Part shown: positions 42,217 through 51,544 of the stretch, piece by piece | How the letters are laid out: each line of letters begins with the position of its first letter | How positions within the stretch are numbered: position 1 is the first letter of the stretch | Origin: Vicinamibacterales bacterium | GTDB lineage: Bacteria; Acidobacteriota; Vicinamibacteria; Vicinamibacterales; CAVVIG01 | Length of the DNA stretch: 64,000 nt | Direction of reading: 5' to 3' | NCBI GenBank assembly: GCA_036489235.1 | Contig: DASXGC010000073.1 | Location: forward strand, 1,095-65,094 | The notes under the pieces: generated by a model | What the model was told of the DNA's origin: nothing | The model's database searches: none | What the model saw: the letters and a program-made list of their open reading frames with translations, nothing else | Made by a program: the position numbers and the translations under genes

Positions 42217-43197
42217 TCATGCCGCAGCCGGCGACGCGCATGCGGTCACTGCTTCACGGATTGTATTCGAGTGGATGGTGACGATGGCGTTGACGTCAGG
42301 TGCGTAACCGCCGCTCATCGCCACCGCAACCGGAATCGCGCGGCGCCGGCATGCATCGAACACCAGACGATCGCGTTCGCGTAACCCGCCGACGGTCAGT
42401 TTGAGACGACCGAGCCGGTCCCCTTCGTACGGATCCGCGCCGGCCAGGTAGAAAACGATGTCGGGACACTGCTGGTCGAGGACACGCGGCAGGTGCTCCG
42501 CGAGCGCGGCCAGATACTCGTCGTTGCCCGCGCCATCTTCGAAGGTGACATCGAGGTCGCTGACTTCCTTGCGAAACGGAAAGTTGTGCGCGCCGTGGAG
42601 CGACAGAGTAAAAACGGCCGGCTGATTGCGGAAAATCGCGGCCGTGCCGTTGCCTTGATGGACATCGCAGTCAACGACGGCTGCGTGGCTGATATGGCGG
42701 TCGCGAAGCAGAACCGCAGCCGTCACCGCCACATCGTTGAATACACAGTAGCCCTCGCCGTGGTCGGGGAAGGCATGATGCGTTCCGCCAGCAAGGTTCG
42801 CCGCGACCGCGAACGACCGTGCCGGCGCTTCAAGGCGGTCACGCCGCGAAGCCGGATCGCCGTGACTCGCCACGTTCAACACGTTCATTGCCGCGGCGAG
42901 TGTTGCGCCGACCGAACGCCTCGAGCGCTCGACCATCATCGGCGACCAGGGAAAGCCAATGCGGCGCTGCGCGTCGGCCGACAGGGTGCCGTCGGCCACG
43001 GCGTCGATATATTCGGTGTCGTGGACCAGACGCAGATCCGCCCAGTCGATCGCCTGGGGCACATGCAGGTCGGCAAGTGTCAGCACGCCCTCGTCCACCA
43101 ACCGCTGCCGTAGCAGCTGATACTTCGCCATCGGGAAGCGATGGTGGTCCGGCAGCGGAAGGACGAAGGTGTCTGAGTAATACGCTTTCATGATCAT
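42217..43197 (-). CDS. Histone deacetylase-family (arginase-fold) amidohydrolase
   Basis: 326 aa with the signature GGTHHAFPDHGEGYCVFNDVAV and DCDVHQGNGT. Confidence 0.85.
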   Translation of the reverse strand: MIMKAYYSDTFVLPLPDHHRFPMAKYQLLRQRLVDEGVLTLADLHVPQAIDWADLRLVHDTEYIDAVADGTLSADAQRRIGFPWSPMMVERSRRSVGATLAAAMNVLNVASHGDPASRRDRLEAPARSFAVAANLAGGTHHAFPDHGEGYCVFNDVAVTAAVLLRDRHISHAAVVDCDVHQGNGTAAIFRNQPAVFTLSLHGAHNFPFRKEVSDLDVTFEDGAGNDEYLAALAEHLPRVLDQQCPDIVFYLAGADPYEGDRLGRLKLTVGGLRERDRLVFDACRRRAIPVAVAMSGGYAPDVNAIVTIHSNTIREAVTACASPAAA

Positions 43198-43247
43198 CGA
43201 AAGTGCCGGTGCTGGGTGCGCGGTGCTCGGTGCTACAGTTTTACCCG

Positions 43248-44264
43248 ATGGTGCGACTCAAGACAATCGACGCTCATGCCGCCGGCGAGCCGTTGCGGCT
43301 CATCGTTGACGGATTCCCGTCACCGCGCGGCAAGACGATGCTCGCCAAACGTGAGTGGGTCAAGGCCAACGCGGACCACCTGCGGCGTGCGTTGATGCTC
43401 GAACCCCGGGGTCATGCGGACATGTACGGCGCGCTGCTCACCGAGCCGGTGTCGGACGGCGCGCACGCGGGCGTCCTGTTCATGCACAACGAAGGCTACA
43501 GCACGATGTGCGGACACGGCATCGTGGCAGTGACGACGATCGCGCTCGAGCGCGGCATCATCATGCCGGGAGGCGACGGTAATCAGATCGTTTACGACTC
43601 GCCGGCTGGTCAGATCCTGGCTCGCGCGCGGTTCAGGGTGGGTGCGTCAGGGGATGGGGAGGCAACGCGAGTTGAGAGCGTCATGTTTCTCAACGTGCCG
43701 TCGTTTGTGTTCGAGGGTGGTCTGAGCGTCAAGATCGGCACGCGGCAGGTTCGCGCGGATGTCGCGTTCGGCGGCGCCTTCTACGCGATCGTCGACTGCG
43801 AAGCGGTGGGCTTGCCGATTGACGCGCCCCACCTGCCGGAACTGCGCCGCGTCGGGATGGAAATCAAACACGCCATCGAGGCGGCGGTCACGGTCGCTCA
43901 TCCGCTCGAGCCTGGCCTTGCCGGCATTTACGGCACCATTTTCACCGGGCCACCCAGCGACGAGCGAGCCGATCTCCGGAACGTGACGATCTTCGCGGAT
44001 GCGGAAGTCGATCGCTCGCCGTGCGGGACCGGAACGGCCGCAGTGATGGCGGTGGTCGATGCGATGGGCCTGCTAGGCGCCGATCGGCCGTTCGTTCACG
44101 AAAGCCTGATCGGCACGCGCTTCACGGGACGCGTCGCATCACGAACAACGGTCGGCGATTTCGAGGCGATCGTGCCCGAGATCGAAGGGTCGGCGTGGAT
44201 CACCGGCGAGCATACGTTTCTCGTCGACGAGAACGATCCGTTGAAGGAGGGATTCCGGATCTGA
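43248..44264 (+). CDS. Proline racemase superfamily enzyme (Cys/Cys type: proline racemase or 4-hydroxyproline 2-epimerase)
   Basis: ATG 43248 (MVRLKTIDAHAAGEPLRLIV). Both catalytic positions are Cys (YSTMCGHG and DRSPCGTGT). Confidence 0.85.
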   Translation: MVRLKTIDAHAAGEPLRLIVDGFPSPRGKTMLAKREWVKANADHLRRALMLEPRGHADMYGALLTEPVSDGAHAGVLFMHNEGYSTMCGHGIVAVTTIALERGIIMPGGDGNQIVYDSPAGQILARARFRVGASGDGEATRVESVMFLNVPSFVFEGGLSVKIGTRQVRADVAFGGAFYAIVDCEAVGLPIDAPHLPELRRVGMEIKHAIEAAVTVAHPLEPGLAGIYGTIFTGPPSDERADLRNVTIFADAEVDRSPCGTGTAAVMAVVDAMGLLGADRPFVHESLIGTRFTGRVASRTTVGDFEAIVPEIEGSAWITGEHTFLVDENDPLKEGFRI

Positions 44265-44274
44265 AAGCCTGCCC

Positions 44275-46023
<1,749 letters not shown>

Positions 46024-46044
46024 GCAACCTCCAGCAATCAAATG

Positions 46045-46091
46045 TAGTGTCCGGCTTTAGCCGGACAAATAGTGTCCCGTTGTAGCCGGAC
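46045..46091. repeat. Pair of adjacent hairpin units (TAGTGTCCG-type repeat, locus 2)
   Basis: TAGTGTCCGGC-TTTA-GCCGGAC (46045-46066) is followed by a degenerate second unit TAGTGTCCCGTTGTAGCCGGAC (46070-46091), between ggt and cyaY. Confidence 0.75.
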
Positions 46092-46100
46092 CAGCATGGT

Positions 46101-46424
46101 TCAGGCCGATTCGAGAAACGTGTGCGCCAGGCGGTCGAGTAACACCGGTAACGTTTCGCCGTCCAGCGCGAACGCGCTGAGCTCCGCCGCCCACGAGAGT
46201 TTATAACTTCTCGACATCGCCGAGACCCAGATCTGCCGCACCGGAGCATTCGGCGAGACCACAAACTTCATGTCGCCCGGCTCCTCGAATACGAGGTTCA
46301 GCACGCCGTTCTGCAGCTCGACCTCGAAACCTTCGCGATCTGCCAGTGGCAGCAGTGCGTGCCGCGCGGCATCTAGGGCCTGGTCGCTGGTCACGCGGAA
46401 TTCCTGTTCGGAGAGGGCGGTCAT
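46101..46424 (-). CDS. cyaY: Frataxin-like iron donor protein CyaY
   Basis: 107 aa from ATG 46424. Acidic protein with a CyaY-type pattern (GVLNLVFEEPGDMKFVVSPNAPVRQIWVSAMSRSYKLSW). Confidence 0.75.
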   Translation of the reverse strand: MTALSEQEFRVTSDQALDAARHALLPLADREGFEVELQNGVLNLVFEEPGDMKFVVSPNAPVRQIWVSAMSRSYKLSWAAELSAFALDGETLPVLLDRLAHTFLESA

Positions 46425-46650
46425 GGAGCCTATTAAACCTTTGCTGTGGTGCGTGCGTCTAACTTTAAGAAGGGCAGGTGAGTTGAGCAATGCGCGAATG
46501 GAGTTTTTCGGCTTCAGCCGAATGGGTCGTCGGTCTTCTCCTCGTCATCACCCTCGTCGCCGCGGCGTTGGTCTGAACCGGCGCCACCGCACGTCGAACA
46601 CGGAACTACCTGGCTCGTCTGAGCGGCTGTCCGGCTGCTCAATCCCAGCT

Positions 46651-47601
46651 TCAGTGTGAGACGGTGAACTTATCGGGGGCCGCCAGGTAACTCCGGCGCG
46701 CCCTCGCCGTCATTCCCGTCTGTTTCATCCTCACGGCCAGCTTGTGTACTTTGTTATCGAGCTGTGTCGGCGCGAAGCCAATCACGTATTGACTGTGCAG
46801 CTCCTGCGCGACCTTGGTAAAGGTCGGCGCGAGTTCAGCGGTCTTGGTCAACTCGAAGTACCCACCGCCGGTTTCGTCCGCAATCTTGCGCAGGCCGCCG
46901 TCCGGCTTGCTCCTCACCATTCGCTGACCGTTGAAGTAGTTGCTCTCCAGACCGATGGCGTAAATCATCACCTCGTCGGCTCGGGCGCGGTCGATCACCT
47001 TCCCGAGCGTGCTGTTGTGGCTTTCGGTGTCGTCGCCGTCGGTGAACAGCAGGATCACCTTCCGGCCCTGCGTGTTCTTCAGCTCCTCGAGGCTGGCGTC
47101 GGCAGCGTCCCACAGCCGCGTCCCGTTACCGTAGTCCAGCTGTTTCACGTCGGTGACCAGCTGGTCGCGATTGCTGGTGAACTCCGAACTGAATTGAATC
47201 TTGTCGTTGAACGCCCCGACGCGGCCCCGATCCTCGGGCAGCAGCCGTAGGATGAACTGCTCCGCAGCCTGCTTCAGGAGGTCGATGGTCAAGGTCATGC
47301 TGCCGCTCGTATCGAGCATGACGACCACGGTGATCGGCTGGATGCTGTTGTCGAAGTAGATGATCGGCTGCGGTTTCTCGTTGTCGAAGACGGAGAAGTC
47401 GTCCTGAACCAGACCGGGTATCAGGCGCTTCCCGGCATCCTGGACGGTCACGAACAGCGACACCACAGAGGTGCCGGCTTTGAACGTGGGTTGCTGCTGG
47501 GCGGCGATCGCCGCCGACATCGACGCTGCGCAGGCCGCCGCGATCGCCATCCGCTTCCAGCGGCTGCCCGAGAAGCTCGCCCGCTCTGTCCAACGCATCA
47601 T
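46651..47601 (-). CDS. VWFA-related acidobacterial-type protein with an intact MIDAS motif
   Basis: 316 aa; the start is uncertain (47601, 47598 or 47553). Family-typical FKAGTSVVSLFVTVQDAGKRLIPGLVQDDFSVFDNEKPQ, then VVVMLDTSGSMT (DxSxS). Confidence 0.8.
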   Translation of the reverse strand: MMRWTERASFSGSRWKRMAIAAACAASMSAAIAAQQQPTFKAGTSVVSLFVTVQDAGKRLIPGLVQDDFSVFDNEKPQPIIYFDNSIQPITVVVMLDTSGSMTLTIDLLKQAAEQFILRLLPEDRGRVGAFNDKIQFSSEFTSNRDQLVTDVKQLDYGNGTRLWDAADASLEELKNTQGRKVILLFTDGDDTESHNSTLGKVIDRARADEVMIYAIGLESNYFNGQRMVRSKPDGGLRKIADETGGGYFELTKTAELAPTFTKVAQELHSQYVIGFAPTQLDNKVHKLAVRMKQTGMTARARRSYLAAPDKFTVSH

Positions 47602-47610
47602 CGTTTCACT

Positions 47611-48234
47611 CTACCGCAATGCCCGCGCTCGCGCGAGAACCGATCGAATCACTGGCTCGAGGCCTGCTGCCATCAATTTGTAACCTTCTGGCGCGGGGTG
47701 CAGGCCATCAGGCGAGGCGGCGAGGTGATCCGGTGCGTCGAGTGCAGCAACGGCTGCGCGCGTATCGCAGAACAGGACGTCTGCATGACGCGCCGCGTAG
47801 GCTTGAATCCATTGATTGATCGCGTGCATGCGGGCATTCTGATCCGGCGTTGCGGTGTTGTAAGGCAGCACGCTGCCCGCGACCACCGGGATGCCGGCGC
47901 TACGCGCGGTGTCGTACATCGCTTCGAGCTCGCCCTCAGCTGACTCCGCCGACCGGCCCTGATACACGTCGTTTACGCCGCCGATGATGACGACCAGATT
48001 GGGCCTGACGTCCACGACGTCGCGTGTGAACCGCGCGCGAATTTGATCGGTGCGCTCGGCGTTGACGCCGCGATTGAGCACGCGCCAGTCCGGATGCGAC
48101 TGCATCAGCCAGTGCGCGTACTGACTCTCGACGTTTCCCGCGCCGTGCGGCGGCGCTTCGATGGGGGACCTGAATGCCGGTGTGCCGGCGGTTGTGGAGT
48201 CGCCGAGTGCGACGATGGTAATGACGGCCGCCAT
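47611..48234 (-). CDS. SGNH/GDSL-family hydrolase
   Basis: 207 aa from ATG 48234. Block I is VALGDSTTAG, block III is IIGGVNDV and block V is DGLHP. The longer ORF-track start 48771 runs antisense through the upstream gene. Confidence 0.8.
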   Translation of the reverse strand: MAAVITIVALGDSTTAGTPAFRSPIEAPPHGAGNVESQYAHWLMQSHPDWRVLNRGVNAERTDQIRARFTRDVVDVRPNLVVIIGGVNDVYQGRSAESAEGELEAMYDTARSAGIPVVAGSVLPYNTATPDQNARMHAINQWIQAYAARHADVLFCDTRAAVAALDAPDHLAASPDGLHPAPEGYKLMAAGLEPVIRSVLARARALR

Positions 48235-48261
48235 GATGGATAACGCAGGGCTGGGATTGGA

Positions 48262-48335
48262 GATCGGCGATGGGCGATCGCCGATCGGAGGCTCGGGGCT
48301 CGAGGCCCAACTTTCAACACGTTGAGCCCCGAGCC
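48262..48335. other. Two adjacent perfect-stem hairpins in the intercistronic gap
   Basis: GATCGGCGAT-GGGCG-ATCGCCGATC spans 48262-48286. GGCTCGGGGCTC (48290-48301) pairs with GAGCCCCGAGCC (48324-48335) across a 22-nt loop. No T-run follows either on the minus strand. Confidence 0.6.
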
Positions 48336-48359
48336 CGTAGCCGCGAGTCTCAGTTTGAG

Positions 48360-48908
48360 CTACGTGCCGGGAATCATGATGTGCGCGGTGGTCGTGCCCG
48401 CGTCCATGATCCACGCGCCGCCCTGCTTGCCGTCCGTCGGCAGACCCGTCGACGCCGTCGTCGCGCCGGGGATGGCGATCGTGCGGTGGATGCGAGCGTG
48501 TTCCTTGTCGGCTCCGTTCATGTCGATCCACGGCGAACCGTAGACCGGCTTGACGCGGGTGCCGTCCTTCTCGGCTGCGTCGATTGCCGCCTGGCGAGCC
48601 GCCTTGTCGCTGATCGCTTCGAACTTGCGGTTCTGCGCGACGCGCGGCAGGTTGCCGAGCACGGTGCACTGGACGTTGAAGCCGGTGCGTCCCAGCTCGT
48701 TCGACCGGTCGTAGCAGACCAGCTGTCCGGTGCCCTTCTTCAGGGTGTCGTAGGTGCCGTCGGCCTTCCACTTGACGACCGAAACGGCTTCCTTCTGTTG
48801 CGGCGTCGTGGGGGCCAGGGCCCGTTCGATCGCCTCGTCGGGCGTCTGCGCGACCGCGCCGGCCGCCAGCGCCAGCAGCCCGAGACTTGCAAGCACGAAC
48901 TTCTTCAT
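48360..48908 (-). CDS. Secreted hypothetical protein
   Basis: 182 aa with a clear signal peptide (MKKFVLASLGLLALAAGAVAQ). No family recognised. Confidence 0.6.
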   Translation of the reverse strand: MKKFVLASLGLLALAAGAVAQTPDEAIERALAPTTPQQKEAVSVVKWKADGTYDTLKKGTGQLVCYDRSNELGRTGFNVQCTVLGNLPRVAQNRKFEAISDKAARQAAIDAAEKDGTRVKPVYGSPWIDMNGADKEHARIHRTIAIPGATTASTGLPTDGKQGGAWIMDAGTTTAHIMIPGT

Positions 48909-49034
48909 TTCAGTGAACCCTCCAGTTCAGATGGACGAATCCTAGCATTTCAGTCAGCTCGACGCTGTTCAGACGAGGTCATCCGGATCAAAGGTTTCCG
49001 GCCGATCGAATCCCCCTGCCTCCTCTATCCCCGA

Positions 49035-49063
49035 CTTGACTGGTCGGATATGTCGCGATAGAC
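49035..49063 (+). promoter_or_regulatory. Candidate sigma70-type promoter for the FTR1 permease gene
   Basis: TTGACT (49035-49040), a 17-nt spacer, then TAGACT (49058-49063), about 50 nt upstream of ATG 49113. Confidence 0.4.
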
Positions 49064-49112
49064 TGAACTCTCATCCTGAGATTGGGTCTCATTTTCGAGA
49101 GTCGGACGCGTC

Positions 49113-49967
49113 ATGTTTCAGGGATTTGACAGCAACGTGTTACAGGCGTTCGTCATCACCCTTCGCGAAGGGTTCGAAGCGTTTCTGATCGTTGCGATCA
49201 GCCTGTCGTACCTCCGCAAGTCCGGGCGCACGACCCTCACGTCCGCCGTCCATTGGGGCATCGCCGCGGCCCTTGCGGTCAGCGCACTCGGCGGCTACCT
49301 CCTTCACGACGCGCTCAATCAGGAGTGGCTCGACGGTCCGCTCGCCTTGATCGCCGCGATCTCGGTGACTTGGATGATCGTGCACATGTGGCGTACCGGA
49401 CGCCGTATGAAGGGCGACATCGAAGCGCGGCTCAAGTCGTCGAGCATCCAACCCGGCGCTGCCGCCTTCCTCGGCGTGTTCCTGTTTACCGCACTCATGA
49501 TCAGCCGCGAGGGCATGGAGACCGCGCTGCTCCTGATGCAGTTGCGCGGGACGCTCGATCTCGCGTTCGGGGCCGCACTCGGAGTCGTCGGCGCCGCAGG
49601 GATTGCGTGGCTGTGGTCGCGTTACGGTCACCGCATCAACCTCGCGCTCTTCTTCCAGGCGACCGCGATCTTCCTGTTCGTCTTCGTCGTGCAGCTGCTG
49701 ATCCAGAGCGTCCACGAAATGTCCGAGCAGGGTTTCCTCCCGTTCAGCCAGGCGATCCACGCGGCCACCGAGTCGTGGGGGCCGGACAGCACATTCGGCC
49801 ATTCGCTCACCTACATGCTGGTGGTGTTGCCGCTGGCGTGGGTCTCGATCAAGTCGTTCGTTTCGCAGCGGCCGATGTTTCAGCCGCCATCGGTGCCGCC
49901 GACCCCGACTCCGACTGTTCACACGGCGGTCCGGACCACAGCGGTCGGCGGCTCGGCGGTCCGCTAG
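49113..49967 (+). CDS. FTR1/EfeU-family high-affinity iron permease
   Basis: 284 aa polytopic protein with the two REGxE motifs (REGFEAF, REGMETA). Confidence 0.85.
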   Translation: MFQGFDSNVLQAFVITLREGFEAFLIVAISLSYLRKSGRTTLTSAVHWGIAAALAVSALGGYLLHDALNQEWLDGPLALIAAISVTWMIVHMWRTGRRMKGDIEARLKSSSIQPGAAAFLGVFLFTALMISREGMETALLLMQLRGTLDLAFGAALGVVGAAGIAWLWSRYGHRINLALFFQATAIFLFVFVVQLLIQSVHEMSEQGFLPFSQAIHAATESWGPDSTFGHSLTYMLVVLPLAWVSIKSFVSQRPMFQPPSVPPTPTPTVHTAVRTTAVGGSAVR

Positions 49968-50012
49968 CCCGCTGCGCGCGCGAAACGGCTACAATCCCCC
50001 TCCGAGGGTGTT

Positions 50013-50420
50013 GTGGTAAAGCCTCCGGTCGTTGCCGATCTCACCTGGATCGGCGAGCTCAAGTTCTCAGCGGTCAGCAGCCATGCGTCGATGACCCTCG
50101 ACAGCGCCGGCATCGCCGGACCGTCGCCGGTGCAGACGCTGGTCTTCTCCCTCGCCGGCTGCATGGCGATGGATGTCGCCTACATCCTCACCAAAGGGCG
50201 ATATGCCGCGCGAGCGCTGAAAGCTCACCTCACGGCTGAGCGCTCCCCCGGTGAACCGCACCGTCTCGTGAGCGTGACCCTGCATTTCACCGCCGAAGGC
50301 GACATGCCGGCGGACGCGGTTGGTCGCGCCATCGCGTTGTCCCACGAAAAGTACTGCTCGGTCTGGCATTCGATGCGGCAGGACATCGCGTTTTCGACGA
50401 CATACGAAGTGCGTGCATAG
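50013..50420 (+). CDS. OsmC/Ohr-family peroxiredoxin-like protein
   Basis: 135 aa with a GTG start after GAGGG. The two conserved Cys are present (LAGCMAMD, HEKYCSVW). Confidence 0.8.
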   Translation: MVKPPVVADLTWIGELKFSAVSSHASMTLDSAGIAGPSPVQTLVFSLAGCMAMDVAYILTKGRYAARALKAHLTAERSPGEPHRLVSVTLHFTAEGDMPADAVGRAIALSHEKYCSVWHSMRQDIAFSTTYEVRA

Positions 50421-51519
50421 AAAGGGTTACATCGATTGGGCCCGGGGCGTCGCGGTGCTGCTCATGATCTGGGCGCACACCACCGATGCCTGGACACGTT
50501 TGAACGTCCGCGGGACGATCGCGTTTCGCGACGCCAACGTGATCGGAGGTTTTGCCGCACCGTTGTTTCTCTGGCTCGCCGGCCTCGCTGTGGTCCTCGC
50601 CGCCACGCGCAGCGCGCAACGCACCGGCAGTCGCGGCCGCGCCGTCGACGCGATCTGCCGCCGCGGCTTCGAGATCTTCATCCTCGGATTTCTGTTCAGG
50701 CTGCAGGGATTCATCGTCACCCCAGGAAGTCACCCGGTGACGTTGTTCCGTGTCGATATCCTCAACATCATGGGGCCGGCGATCGTCGTCGCCGGCATCG
50801 TCTGGGGACTCGCACGTTCCACAACGGCTCGTGTCGTCTGGTACGCCGTGATTGCTTCCGCGATGGCGATGCTGACGCCGATCGTCCGCGCCTCGAAGCT
50901 GGTGGATGCGCTGCCGCTCTGGTTTCAGTGGTACATCAGGCCGGCGGGGGAGTTCACGATCTTCACGGCGTTTCCCTGGGCTGGGTTCGTGTTCGCCGGC
51001 GGTGCCGTCGGCGCCTTGATTGCCGCGGCTCGTGACGACCGCACCGAACGTCGGCTGCAGATCATCCTCGTCGCGGTCGGGGCCGTGCTGGTGGCGGCTG
51101 GCTTCTACACGGCAGGACGTCCGTCGCTCTATGCCACTTCGTCGTTCTGGACCTCGTCACCAACGTGGTTTGCGATCCGGCTCGGTATCCTGACGATCGG
51201 CCTGACGATGATCTACGCGTGCGAAGCGGTGTACGTGGCGTTGACACGAACATCGGCGGCCCAACGCGTCAGCGATCCGCTGGCGCAGCTCGGTCGCAAC
51301 TCGCTGTTCATCTACTGGATCCACGTCGAGCTCGTCTACGGCTACGCGAGCTGGGGTTGGCGCCACCGTCTGCCGTTGTGGGGATCAGCGATCGCGTTCG
51401 TGCTGTTCAGTGTGCTGATGTACCGCGCGATCGCCTGGCGGGATGCGCTCGTCGGCAGGTGGCGCCGGAGAAAAGTAGGGGACGGCATTCAGGCCGTCCC
51501 GTTTGGTGGCACGGCCTGA
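50413..51519 (+). CDS. DUF1624 / heparan-alpha-glucosaminide N-acetyltransferase-like polytopic membrane protein
   Basis: The start is uncertain; GTG 50413 overlaps the osmC end. Family-like N-terminus RKGYIDWARGVAVLLMIWAH, with about 9 TM helices. Confidence 0.5.
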   Translation: MHRKGYIDWARGVAVLLMIWAHTTDAWTRLNVRGTIAFRDANVIGGFAAPLFLWLAGLAVVLAATRSAQRTGSRGRAVDAICRRGFEIFILGFLFRLQGFIVTPGSHPVTLFRVDILNIMGPAIVVAGIVWGLARSTTARVVWYAVIASAMAMLTPIVRASKLVDALPLWFQWYIRPAGEFTIFTAFPWAGFVFAGGAVGALIAAARDDRTERRLQIILVAVGAVLVAAGFYTAGRPSLYATSSFWTSSPTWFAIRLGILTIGLTMIYACEAVYVALTRTSAAQRVSDPLAQLGRNSLFIYWIHVELVYGYASWGWRHRLPLWGSAIAFVLFSVLMYRAIAWRDALVGRWRRRKVGDGIQAVPFGGTA

Positions 51520-51544
51520 GCGGCCATGCCCTGAGTCGTTCAGC

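Noticed and set aside
47611-48771. 386-aa version of the SGNH hydrolase ORF
   Set aside because: The N-terminal 179 codons run antisense through the secreted-protein gene (48360-48908) and the hairpin-rich gap. The GDS(T) block sits 10 residues after ATG 48234, as is normal for this family.
48909-49112. Fur box upstream of the FTR1 permease
   Set aside because: No 19-bp GATAATGATAATCATTATC-like sequence is present; only a 5-bp-arm palindrome (TGAGA...TCTCA). That is too weak to call without a matrix scan.
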